This document shows positions 28,004-36,832 of a stretch of 64,000 nt of DNA, one piece after another (positions within the stretch are counted from its first letter, which is position 1; every line of letters starts with the position of its first letter). Below the pieces are notes generated by a model. The model saw nothing but the letters and a program-made list of their open reading frames with translations. It did no database searches and was not told the origin of the DNA. This DNA is from Candidatus Polarisedimenticolia bacterium (lineage in GTDB: Bacteria > Acidobacteriota > Polarisedimenticolia > JACPZX01 > DASXTC01): NCBI GenBank assembly GCA_036505635.1, contig DASXTC010000038.1, forward strand, positions 5,109 to 69,108, written 5' to 3'. The translations under genes were made by a program, and so were the position numbers.

Positions 28004-29920
28004 GTGACGACGAGCCCCTACGTCATCGGGCAGTGGGTCCGGCGCGAGAAGTTCTACGGCCGCGCCGCGCTCATCGAGGAGATCCTCGATGGGCACCGCA
28101 ACAGCATGTGGGTGCTCGGCACGCGCCGGATCGGCAAGACCTCGCTGCTCAAGCAGATCGAGCACCTGGCCTCGGCGGCCCCCGAACGGGGCTGGTTCCC
28201 CCTCTTCTGGGACTTCCAGGGGGCGGAGGATCTCGGCGAGCTGCACCGCGGGTTCGGCGATGCACTGCTCGATGCGGAGGAGGGGCTCGAACGGATCGGG
28301 ATCGGCACGGCCGAGTTGGAGGGTGGCGATCTGTTCGAATCGCTCGGACGGCTGCGCCGCAAGCTGCGCGGCAGCCGCCTGAGGCTCCTGCTGCTGTGCG
28401 ACGAGGTGGAGGAGCTGATCAAGCTGCACCAGAAAGACCCCGCTCTGCTGCGCAAGCTCCGGCGCGAGATGCAGTCGCGAGAGGACATCCGCACGGTCCT
28501 GACCTCCACGATCCGCCTCTGGGCGCTCTCGGGGCAGCGCGGAGACACCTCTCCCTTCCTTCACGGCTTCACCCCCCCGCTTCACATTCATGGGCTCGCC
28601 GACGGGGAGGCCCGGGCGCTGATCCGCCAGGAGCATCTGCCCGAGGACCTCAGACCCGCGATCGACGAAACGTCGGTCGAGGAGATCCGCGCCCGGTGCG
28701 ACAACCACCCTTACCTGATGCAGCTCGTGGGCAAGAAGTACCAGGAGCTGAAGGACCTCAAGGAGGCCATCGAGCAGGTGGCCTCCGACCAGATGGTGAG
28801 GTACTTCTTCGCGGTGGACTACGAGATGCTCTCGCAGGTGGAGCGCGACGTCCTGAGGATCATCTCGGAGGGCTCCGCGGCCAGCAGCGACTCGATCCTG
28901 CACGGGCTGGCCGTCGACCCGGGCGAGCTGGGAAGCACGTTGAACCACCTCGAGCGCCTCGGATACATCCGGCGCGACAAGGAGATGCGGTTCCACCTGG
29001 TGAACGACTTCTTCCGCCGGTGGTTTCGCGAGCAGCCGCGCCCGGACCCTCCAAGGCCGCCCGTCCCGCGGGCCGGTCTGCGTATCGAGGAGATGGCGAC
29101 GCAGCAGCCTGTGACCTTCGACGGACGCTACAGCCTGCTGGAGGAGATCGGGGCGGGCGCCACGGGAGTGGTCTACAAGGCCCTCGACGGCGAGGTGGGG
29201 GAGATGCTGGCGATCAAGATCCTCAAGCCCGAGTACTGCGCGCATGCCGACGGGCTCGAGCGGTTCCGCCGTGAGATCCTCCTGTCGCGCGACATCGGGC
29301 ATCCCAACGTGGCTCGGATCTACCATCTGGGCGATTGCGAAGGGCGCAAGTACCTCGCGATGAAGCTCATCGAGGGGATGACGCTGGCTCGGCTGATGCA
29401 GCAGGGAGGGCCTCTTCCGCTCAGCCGGGCGATCGCGATCGCGCGCAAGCTGGCCGGCGCGCTGGAGGCCGCCCATACGCAGCACGTGATCCACCGCGAC
29501 GTCAAGCCGCAGAACGTCCTGATCGATCGGCAGGGAGAGCCCTACCTCACCGATTTCGGGCTGGCCCGGCTCATGAGCGCCCCGGGCATGACGCACGCGG
29601 GGGTCTTCCTCGGCACCCCCGACTACGCCTCGCCCGAGCAGGCCGACCTGAGACCCGTGGACGAGCGTTCAGACATTTACGCGCTCGGCGTGGTCCTTTA
29701 CGAGATGGTGGCGGGCCGGCGCCCCTTCGTCTCGGCCACGATACCCGAGGTGCTTCAGATGCACCGCAGCTCTCCTCCGCCCGACCCGAGGGGCTTGCGG
29801 CCCGAGGTGCCGGCCCTCCTCGCCGGCCTGATCCTCCGGTGCCTCGAGAAGGATCCCGCCCGCCGCTTCGCCAGCGCCCGCGCGCTGCGCCTCGCCCTGG
29901 AGGAGATCACGCCTCCCTGA
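28004..29920 (+). CDS. fusion of archaeal-type P-loop ATPase (paralog of upstream gene) and Hanks-type Ser/Thr protein kinase
   Basis: ORF 27905..29920, preferred start GTG 28004 (6 nt after upstream stop; GGAAGGG upstream). N-terminal SPYVIGQWVRREKFYGRAALI...VLGTRRIGKTSLL and LLLLCDEVEEL are paralogous to the upstream ATPase. C-terminal kinase with GAGATGVVY, AIKILK, HRDVKPQNVLI, DFGLAR, SPEQ. Confidence 0.8.
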   Translation: MTTSPYVIGQWVRREKFYGRAALIEEILDGHRNSMWVLGTRRIGKTSLLKQIEHLASAAPERGWFPLFWDFQGAEDLGELHRGFGDALLDAEEGLERIGIGTAELEGGDLFESLGRLRRKLRGSRLRLLLLCDEVEELIKLHQKDPALLRKLRREMQSREDIRTVLTSTIRLWALSGQRGDTSPFLHGFTPPLHIHGLADGEARALIRQEHLPEDLRPAIDETSVEEIRARCDNHPYLMQLVGKKYQELKDLKEAIEQVASDQMVRYFFAVDYEMLSQVERDVLRIISEGSAASSDSILHGLAVDPGELGSTLNHLERLGYIRRDKEMRFHLVNDFFRRWFREQPRPDPPRPPVPRAGLRIEEMATQQPVTFDGRYSLLEEIGAGATGVVYKALDGEVGEMLAIKILKPEYCAHADGLERFRREILLSRDIGHPNVARIYHLGDCEGRKYLAMKLIEGMTLARLMQQGGPLPLSRAIAIARKLAGALEAAHTQHVIHRDVKPQNVLIDRQGEPYLTDFGLARLMSAPGMTHAGVFLGTPDYASPEQADLRPVDERSDIYALGVVLYEMVAGRRPFVSATIPEVLQMHRSSPPPDPRGLRPEVPALLAGLILRCLEKDPARRFASARALRLALEEITPP

Positions 29921-30431
29921 GCGCCTTCACGATCTCCCGGCAGAACGCGGGCAGGTCGTCCGGCGTGCGGGAGGTGATGAGGTTGCCGTCGCGCACGACC
30001 TCCTGATCCACGAACTCCGCCCCCGCATGCACCATGTCGTCGCGGATCGCCTTGTAGGAGGTCAGACGTCTCCCGCGCGCCACGCCCGCCGAGGCGAGCA
30101 CCCACCCGCCGTGGCAGATCGAGGCGACCACGCGGCGCTTGTCGCACAGCTCCTTCACGAGCCTCAGCACCCCGGCGTCCTGACGCAGACGGTCCGGGGC
30201 CCATCCGCCCGGGATCACAACCCCGAGCAGGTCGTCGGCCCGGACCTCGGACGCCGCCGCCTCGGCCTCGATCGGGTAGCCGTGCTTGGACGCGTACCTG
30301 GTCGCGCGTGGACCGATGACCACGGTCGCGTATCCTTCCTCCCTGAGCCGGTAGAACGGGACCCAGACCTCCATGTCCTGGTAGTCGTTCTCCACCAGGA
30401 CCGCCACTTTCCCTTTGACCATGCCGCTCAT
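29907..30431 (-). CDS. DJ-1/PfpI family protein
   Basis: ORF 29907..30500, preferred start M24 (ATG 30431, GGAGG 4 nt upstream). VAVLVENDYQDMEV...ASICHGGWVLASAG shows the nucleophile-elbow Cys (ICHG) of PfpI/DJ-1. Confidence 0.85.
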   Translation of the reverse strand: MSGMVKGKVAVLVENDYQDMEVWVPFYRLREEGYATVVIGPRATRYASKHGYPIEAEAAASEVRADDLLGVVIPGGWAPDRLRQDAGVLRLVKELCDKRRVVASICHGGWVLASAGVARGRRLTSYKAIRDDMVHAGAEFVDQEVVRDGNLITSRTPDDLPAFCREIVKALREA

Positions 30432-30475
30432 GACGCCTCCGTCGGGATGCTCCCGCGAAAATCTCATGCTAGAGT

Positions 30476-33400
30476 ATGCTCGCAATGCGCCTCCTGTCAC
30501 GCCCCCGCAACATCATCCTGACGCTGGCCGCGCTCCTCCTCGCGGCGTGGACGGTCGCCTCCGTGCGACGCGTGCAGGGGGCCGGCGGCTTCCTCGTCGT
30601 CGACGCGCCATTGATTGGCTCCGCGCCCCATCTCGTCGATCCCGGCTGGCGCTTCGTCCCGCGTCTCTTCGGCCGAATCTCGGAGTATCCGGCCGCCTCC
30701 AGAAAGCTCAAGACGGAGCTGGCCGGCGAGCGGGCGGCCAGCAGCCGCGAGGGGGCCAAGGTCGAGGTGGAGGCGGAGCTGACCTACGTGATCCAGCCCG
30801 AGGGGGTCCTCGACCTTCATCGCGCGCAGGGGCCATCCTACGAGACCGGGTGGCTCGCCGGCGTGGTGCGCGAGCAGACGGCAGCGCGGCTGGCCAGCGT
30901 CTCCTACGACGTCGTGCGCAACCGCGACCCCGAGCTGACCAAGGGCCTGCGGGCGGCCATCGACCGGAAGATCTCCGGTTCGGGCATCCGGATCGAGGGC
31001 CTGAGGCTCGTCCAGGTCGCCGGGCTGGGGGAGGCATCCGGTGACATCGCGAGACCGGCGGGCGGGCCGATCGAGCGTGAGGTCGTCGTCATAGGAGTCG
31101 ATTCCTTCAATTGGCGCGTCATCGAGCCGCTCATGCGGAAGGGCAGGATGCCAAACCTCGCGCGCCTGGTCGCGCGCGGGGCTCGGGCCAATCTCAGGAC
31201 GATCCGGCCGATACTCTCTCCGGTCATCTGGACCAGCATCGCCACGGGGGTCAAGCCGTCGCGCCACGGCATCGTGGATTTCGTCATCACGGCGCGCGAC
31301 ACGGGGGCGCTGGTGCCGGTCACGAGCGTCATGAGACAGGTCCCGGCAGTGTGGAGCCTCATGAGCCGTCAGGGGGTCGACGTCGACGTCGTGGCGTGGT
31401 GGGCCACCTGGCCGGCGGAAACCGTGCGCGGCAGCATCGTCACCGACCGCGTCGCGTACCAGCTCTTCGAGGACAGGATCAAGGAGGACTGGAAGAGCGC
31501 CGATCCCGCCCGCAACAAGGGCAAGACGTGGCCGGCGAACCTGATCGACGACGTCCGTCCCCTCATCCGGGTCCCCGGAGACGTGAGCGACGAGGAGGTC
31601 GGATGGTTCCTGCCCGGCGGGAAGGTGCCGCCATCCTTGACGGCAGAGCAGCGCGAGTTGATCAACGGATTCAGGACCATCATCGCCGCCGGCCAGACCT
31701 ATCACGCGATCGCACTGCGTCAGTTTCGCGAGCCGGGGCCGCGGCTGAAAATGGTCTATTACGAGGGGCCAGACGAGGTCTCCCATCTCTTCATGAAGTA
31801 CCGGCCGCCGCTGCTGGCCGGAACCAGCCCGACCGACATGGAACTGTTCGGTACGATCGTGGATCGCTACTACGAGCGTCAGGACCGCTACATCGGCGAG
31901 ATCCTCGATGCGGCGGGCAAGGACGCCGCCATCGTCCTGTGCTCCGACCATGGCTTCAAGTCGGACACCGACCGGCCGCCCAACAGCGACGCGCGGATCG
32001 GCAAGGGTGACGCCGCGGGCTGGCACACGCCTCTGGGGATCCTCGTCATGGCCGGGCCCGAGGTCAACCCGGGGATCGAGCTGAGCGCCGCCTCCGTGCT
32101 CGATATCACGCCCACCGTCCTGGCGCTCTACGGCCTGCCGGTGGCGCGCGACATGGACGGCCAGCCTCTGGCGGAGGCCCTGACTCCCGCGTTCCTGAAG
32201 GATCACCCGATCGCCTGGATCGATTCCTACGGAGGTTTCCGGAGCGCGACCGAGCAGGTCGCGGGGACCCAGAATCCCTCCTCGGATGACGCCGAGATGA
32301 TCGAGAAGCTGCGCTCGCTGGGCTACATCGGCGACGATCGCCTCACGGCGCGCAACAACCGCGCGACGATGGCCCTCGACGATGGGGACGTCGACGGGGC
32401 GATCCAGGAGTTCGAGACGGCGCTGGCCAAGGAAGGAGACGTCGGCACGCTGATGCGCACCAACCTCGCCCGCGCCTGGCTCGCCAAGGGGGAGATGGCC
32501 AAGGCGCAATCGCTGGCGGAGCAGGCCGTGGCCGAGGAGCCCGGCAACAAGTACGCCCTCCTCATCCTCGCCGGAGTGCGTGCCCATGGAAAGGACTACG
32601 ACGGCGCCGTTTCGTTCCTGAAGAGAGCCATCGAGATCGACCCGACCTACACGCAGGCCCGCTCGAGGCTCGGCGAGGTCTACGAGGAGATGGGACGTGA
32701 TGACGACGCCCTCGCCGAGTACCGGAGGGTGCTCGAGATCGCTCCGCTGAGCCCCGTCGAGCTCAACAACATCGGCAACATCCACCGCAAGCGGCGCCAG
32801 CTCGACCTCGCTATGGATGCCTATCGCGATGCCTTGCGCTGCGACGCGCGTTTCATCGGCGCCTACAACAACCTCGGCCTTTGCCTTCAGGAGAAGGGGG
32901 AGCTCGACGAGGCGCGCCGGCTTTACGACAAGGCGCTGGCCATCCGACCGGAGAACCCCATCCTGCGCAACAGCATGGGCACCTTGCTGGCGCTGCAGGG
33001 CGACAAGCAGGGCGCCCTCGCCCAGTTCGAGCGCGCCGTCAGCTCGGATCCCAACTGGGCGATCGGGCAGGGGAATCTCGCGAGGACGCTGATGGAGGTG
33101 GAGCGGTACGACGAGGGCAGGGCCGCCTTCGAGAAGCTGGTCGAGCTCGAGCCCGACTCGATCGAGTCGCGCCTGGGTCTGGGTCTGGCCTCCCTGATCA
33201 CGCAACGGCGGCCCGAGGCGGTCGCGCAGTTTGACGAGGTGCTCAAGCGCGACCCCGAGAACCTGCGGGCGCGCATCGCACTGGGGGAGACATACCTGCG
33301 CGGCGGCGATCTGGACAAGGCCCAGAGTCATCTCGAGAGAGCCGTCCAGATCAACGGAGGCATCGCGCGGATCTACAACAGCCTCGGGGAGATCTACCTC

Positions 33401-33517
33401 AAGCGTGGGCGCCGGCAGGACGCGGCGCGTGCCTTCCAGAAGTCGCTCGCGCTGGAGCCCGGCCAGAAGGCGGTACGCCAGAGGCTGGCGACCTTGGGAG
33501 GAGCGTCCCCCGGCTGA
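30476..33517 (+). CDS. membrane-anchored multidomain protein: SPFH/band-7-like segment + alkaline-phosphatase-superfamily (type I phosphodiesterase/nucleotide pyrophosphatase-like) domain + C-terminal TPR array
   Basis: 1013 aa. N-terminal TM anchor (IILTLAALLLAAWTV). GVDSFNWRVIEPLMRKGRMPNLARL...LSPVIWTSIATGVKPSRHGIVDF resembles the NPP/PhoD-type AlkP core. LCSDHGF metal-ligand motif. About 12 TPRs from about 32330. Confidence 0.7.
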   Translation: MLAMRLLSRPRNIILTLAALLLAAWTVASVRRVQGAGGFLVVDAPLIGSAPHLVDPGWRFVPRLFGRISEYPAASRKLKTELAGERAASSREGAKVEVEAELTYVIQPEGVLDLHRAQGPSYETGWLAGVVREQTAARLASVSYDVVRNRDPELTKGLRAAIDRKISGSGIRIEGLRLVQVAGLGEASGDIARPAGGPIEREVVVIGVDSFNWRVIEPLMRKGRMPNLARLVARGARANLRTIRPILSPVIWTSIATGVKPSRHGIVDFVITARDTGALVPVTSVMRQVPAVWSLMSRQGVDVDVVAWWATWPAETVRGSIVTDRVAYQLFEDRIKEDWKSADPARNKGKTWPANLIDDVRPLIRVPGDVSDEEVGWFLPGGKVPPSLTAEQRELINGFRTIIAAGQTYHAIALRQFREPGPRLKMVYYEGPDEVSHLFMKYRPPLLAGTSPTDMELFGTIVDRYYERQDRYIGEILDAAGKDAAIVLCSDHGFKSDTDRPPNSDARIGKGDAAGWHTPLGILVMAGPEVNPGIELSAASVLDITPTVLALYGLPVARDMDGQPLAEALTPAFLKDHPIAWIDSYGGFRSATEQVAGTQNPSSDDAEMIEKLRSLGYIGDDRLTARNNRATMALDDGDVDGAIQEFETALAKEGDVGTLMRTNLARAWLAKGEMAKAQSLAEQAVAEEPGNKYALLILAGVRAHGKDYDGAVSFLKRAIEIDPTYTQARSRLGEVYEEMGRDDDALAEYRRVLEIAPLSPVELNNIGNIHRKRRQLDLAMDAYRDALRCDARFIGAYNNLGLCLQEKGELDEARRLYDKALAIRPENPILRNSMGTLLALQGDKQGALAQFERAVSSDPNWAIGQGNLARTLMEVERYDEGRAAFEKLVELEPDSIESRLGLGLASLITQRRPEAVAQFDEVLKRDPENLRARIALGETYLRGGDLDKAQSHLERAVQINGGIARIYNSLGEIYLKRGRRQDAARAFQKSLALEPGQKAVRQRLATLGGASPG

Positions 33518-33925
33518 TCCTCGGTCGTGGGGCGCGAGGGAACCCCACCATCGGGCACGGCTGCGCGCGGCCCCGGGCCGTGCTCGCCTCGACGTTCGCT
33601 CGCCGGCGTCGCCCGGCTCCGCCAATCAGGCTCGCTCTCGACGGCCCTCGGGTGGGGTTCCCTCGCTCCCCGGCTACCGATCAGGGATGGCCCAGGGCTC
33701 CCTTTGGAGGCCTCGTGGCGGCGAGAGACCTGTCAGCGCGCCAGCTCGAAGGGGGGAGCCGCCTCCGAGCCGCGCTTCGACCGCAGGGTCTGGGCGGTGG
33801 GCGCGGGAAGCTGTGCCAGGAATCGAAGGTATCCGTCGAGATCGAGGGGCGCAAGCTCCTTCACGCGGCGCAGCGCCAGGACGTCTTGCGTCGTTGTCGG
33901 CAGGTCCCGCTCGAAGTCGAGAGCG

Positions 33926-34591
33926 CTAGAGCGTTCGCCTGATCTCATCGTATTTCTCACCCAAGCCCGCCTTCTCGAAATACCCCCGGATTTCCTCCCC
34001 GTCGACACCGGGAAGCTGGAGGAGGAAGCGGATGTCGGCCATCTCCTGAAGGGTGCGCCCCGGATCGTTTTTCATCGCGTGGATCTTCATCGCGGCGAGG
34101 TGTTCGGCGCGTGGCACCGGCAGCTCGAGACTCCCGAAACGGAGGGTCGCACCTCTCGCCGAAAACAAGCGCCGCGACGTATCTCCGTTGACATAGATGA
34201 AATCGAGGCGCCCCATGGCGGGCTCCGGGTGCATGTGGTTCGAGTATCCCGGACTTGCGTAGAGGGTCTCGTAGCCGAGCGACTCGAGGAAGGCAATGAG
34301 GCCGTCGCGCGCTCCGGAATCGGTCACGAAGTCCAAATCTGTGGTGGCGCGTGACAGGCCGTATGCGTGAAGGGCGAAGGCTCCCGCCAGCGCGAAGGGC
34401 GCGCCTTCGCGCTCCAGAAAACCCGCGACTGCCTCGACCACCCGCGCGAAGTCCAGGGAAGCTCCTCCTGAGCAAAAAGGATAGCCCTTACTCGCCGCGG
34501 GCGGCAATACGGGGTCGGCTGGAAGTCGGTGGGGAACTCCGAGGAGGGCAAAAAAAGAGGCGGCCGATGTGGGCCGCCTCTCGTCATTCAA
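33926..34591 (-). CDS. nucleotidyltransferase, AbiEii/AbiGii-toxin-like family (orphan)
   Basis: 221-aa ORF (first codon TTG; true start uncertain). FALAGAFALHAYGLSRATTDLDFVTD fits the GG..L....G..R.S.DLDF core of the AbiEii nucleotidyltransferase family. No AbiEi-like partner ORF adjacent. Confidence 0.45.
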   Translation of the reverse strand: MNDERRPTSAASFFALLGVPHRLPADPVLPPAASKGYPFCSGGASLDFARVVEAVAGFLEREGAPFALAGAFALHAYGLSRATTDLDFVTDSGARDGLIAFLESLGYETLYASPGYSNHMHPEPAMGRLDFIYVNGDTSRRLFSARGATLRFGSLELPVPRAEHLAAMKIHAMKNDPGRTLQEMADIRFLLQLPGVDGEEIRGYFEKAGLGEKYDEIRRTL

Positions 34592-34623
34592 ACTTCCCGG
34601 CTATGCCCGCGGGCGCGCCGGTA

Positions 34624-35625
34624 TCAGCCGCCCAGCTTCCACTTCACTCCGGCGTGCCAGCTGTTGAAGGTCACGTCGGTCCTGTCCTGCCCCCCCACGC
34701 TCCCGATGGCGAAGTGGCCTCCTTCGGGCATCGGGTTCGGGTTGGCGACCAGGCCGTCCCAGTTCGAGGCCCTGAAGCCCGCGACGATGTCGATCGGGCC
34801 CTGGTGCCAGACAGCCTGCACGCCGTAGTCACGGATCTCGCCGCGCTGGCTGTCGTCGGTTCCCTCGAAGTTGTCCTGCTGGTTGCCTGAGCCGCAACTG
34901 CCGTCGCAGAAGGAGGCGTTGCCCCTGCTCTCCGCCTGCAGGAACGACACCCCAAGATTGGCGGCCATGCCGAAATGGTCGGTGAAGTCCATGTTGGCCT
35001 GCGCGCCCACCTTGAAGCCCCAGCCGCCTGACTTGATGTGCCTGTCCTGGACGTAGCGGTCGTAGGTGTCCGAGCCGTCGAAGAAGAGGTTCTCGCGGAA
35101 CTCGGCCACCCGAAGGCCCGCCATCCAGTTCACGCTGAACTTTTCCCCGACCGACATCGGACGGACGTAGTCGATGTCCCATATGGTGGCCCGCTCGTCC
35201 GACTCCGCCTCGAATTCGACGCCGCCGGCGTAGGCGCCGTTGTACAGGTAGCCGCCACCGATGTTCGGGCTGTAGCCGGCCACCACAGGATAGACGCCCC
35301 CCGCGACGTTGCCATCGAAGCTGTCGTTGCTGCCGAGGCCCCAGTAGGAGATCTGGAGCGCGCCCATCTTGCCGAAGCTGTAACCGAACGCGGCGCCCCA
35401 TGTGAAGCCGGCGTCATTGTCGAGCACCATGCGCTCGACCTCGCCGAAGTTGCCGTCGCCGTAATCGACGTTGTTCGCGTACTGCTGGTCCAGCCCGGTG
35501 GGCTGTGTCAGCGCTAGGTCAAGCGCGCCGTACCACCCCTTGAAAGGGTCGGCTGCCATGGCCGGCGTGGCCACCGCCAGGATCACTAGAGCGGCGAGGC
35601 CAGGAAGTATCTTTCGAGCTAGCAT
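34624..35625 (-). CDS. outer-membrane beta-barrel/porin-like protein
   Basis: ORF 34624..35727, start at M35 (ATG 35625; MLARKILPGLAALVILAVATPAMA signal peptide). Gly/aromatic-rich alternating strands. Confidence 0.55.
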   Translation of the reverse strand: MLARKILPGLAALVILAVATPAMAADPFKGWYGALDLALTQPTGLDQQYANNVDYGDGNFGEVERMVLDNDAGFTWGAAFGYSFGKMGALQISYWGLGSNDSFDGNVAGGVYPVVAGYSPNIGGGYLYNGAYAGGVEFEAESDERATIWDIDYVRPMSVGEKFSVNWMAGLRVAEFRENLFFDGSDTYDRYVQDRHIKSGGWGFKVGAQANMDFTDHFGMAANLGVSFLQAESRGNASFCDGSCGSGNQQDNFEGTDDSQRGEIRDYGVQAVWHQGPIDIVAGFRASNWDGLVANPNPMPEGGHFAIGSVGGQDRTDVTFNSWHAGVKWKLGG

Positions 35626-35854
35626 CAATCGTCCCCCATCAGTATTGTGGTTTCTCGTGAAGTGGAACTGCTCAATGCCTGCTTGAGAAGTTCGAGCCTG
35701 ACTTCCTGCAATCTCTAGGGCTTCCACCTCCTTCCCTCGGATGGCGTTCCAACGGGCGCCATTTCAGTAGATCGATCAGGAGTTGTCAAGTTCTGCCCTT
35801 CTCCAGGTCGCCGCGTTTGACACCCCCGGAGGGGTTCACCTACCATCCCTCTCG

Positions 35855-36832
35855 ATGAAGCCTCGTCTATTTCCGCTCTGGGCCTTGGTTCTCATCGGGT
35901 TGGCCGCGTGCGAAGGCCGCGCCGGCCGCGACCCCGTCTATTCAGGCACCGTGGAGGCGGTCGAGGTCAACGTCGCGCCCGAAGTCTCCGGCAAGCTCCT
36001 CTCCCGCCCCGTCGATCAGGGGGATACCGTCGAGCCGGGCACGCCGGTCGCGACGATCGATCCGGAGCCGTACCGCCTGGCCCTCGCGGAGACGGAGGCG
36101 GCCCGCGACGAGGCCAGCGCCAGGCTCGCCCTCCTGACCGCGGGGTACCGGAGCGAGGAGGTGGAGGCCGCCGCGCGCGAGATGGACGAAGCCGGCGCCC
36201 AGCTCACGCAGGCGGAGGCCCGCATCGGCCGGATCGAGGACCTCGTGGCCAAACAGATCGCCACGCCCGACGATCTGGACCTGGCGCGGCGCGATCGGGA
36301 CGCCGCCAGGGCGCGCCTGGCCGGGGCGAAGCAGCGCCACGCGCTTCTGGCCCGCGGATATCGTCGCGAGGAGATCGCTGCGGCGCGGGCCGAGGTCGCG
36401 CGTCTGGAGGCGTTGCGCGATCAGCGCGCGCTCGATCTGACGCGCACCACGGTGAGATCTCCCCTCGCGGGGACAGTGACCGAGAAGCTGATGGAGGTCG
36501 GCGAGTACGCCAGGCCGGGCTCTCCGATCGTGGCGGTGGCCGACCTGACCAACCTCTACACGTGGGTCTACCTCAGCGAGGTCGAGCTGGGCGGTGTGCG
36601 TCTCGGCGAGGAGGTCGCGGTCAGGATCGACTCGTACCCCGGCCGCGATTTTCGCGGCGTGGTGGTCTACATCTCCACGCAGGCCCAGTTCACTCCCAAG
36701 AACGTCCAGACCGTCGAGGATCGCGTGCAGCTCGTCTTCGGGGTCAAGGTGGCGGTGAAGAGCCCGGCCGGCGAGCTGAAGGTCGGCATCCCCGCCGACG
36801 TGGTGCTGGCCCGCCGCCCCTCCTCCCCATGA
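35855..36832 (+). CDS. HlyD-family membrane fusion (periplasmic adaptor) protein
   Basis: ORF 35783..36832, start at M25 (MKPRLFPLWALVLIGLAAC, lipoprotein-like). Coiled-coil hairpin (Ala/Arg/Glu-rich) flanked by beta-barrel segments typical of HlyD/EmrA adaptors. Confidence 0.75.
   Translation: MKPRLFPLWALVLIGLAACEGRAGRDPVYSGTVEAVEVNVAPEVSGKLLSRPVDQGDTVEPGTPVATIDPEPYRLALAETEAARDEASARLALLTAGYRSEEVEAAAREMDEAGAQLTQAEARIGRIEDLVAKQIATPDDLDLARRDRDAARARLAGAKQRHALLARGYRREEIAAARAEVARLEALRDQRALDLTRTTVRSPLAGTVTEKLMEVGEYARPGSPIVAVADLTNLYTWVYLSEVELGGVRLGEEVAVRIDSYPGRDFRGVVVYISTQAQFTPKNVQTVEDRVQLVFGVKVAVKSPAGELKVGIPADVVLARRPSSP

Noticed and set aside
25290-29596. 860-aa (25290-27872) and 566-aa (27896-29596) minus-strand ORFs antisense to the ATPase pair
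   Set aside because: Antisense high-GC artefacts (Arg/Gly/Leu/Pro-rich, no domains); the sense frames carry Walker A/B and full kinase motifs.
30497-33625. 1042-aa minus-strand ORF antisense to the SPFH/AlkP/TPR gene
   Set aside because: No recognisable domains; extreme Arg/Gly/Asp/Pro bias; the sense strand shows TPR and AlkP motifs.
33527-34354. 275-aa plus-strand ORF and the 91-aa minus ORF 33733-34008 near the AbiEii-like gene
   Set aside because: No signal, motif or RBS. The plus ORF is antisense to the nucleotidyltransferase, and the 91-aa ORF overlaps its 3' end; kept only as a possible partner to test under the AbiEii finding.
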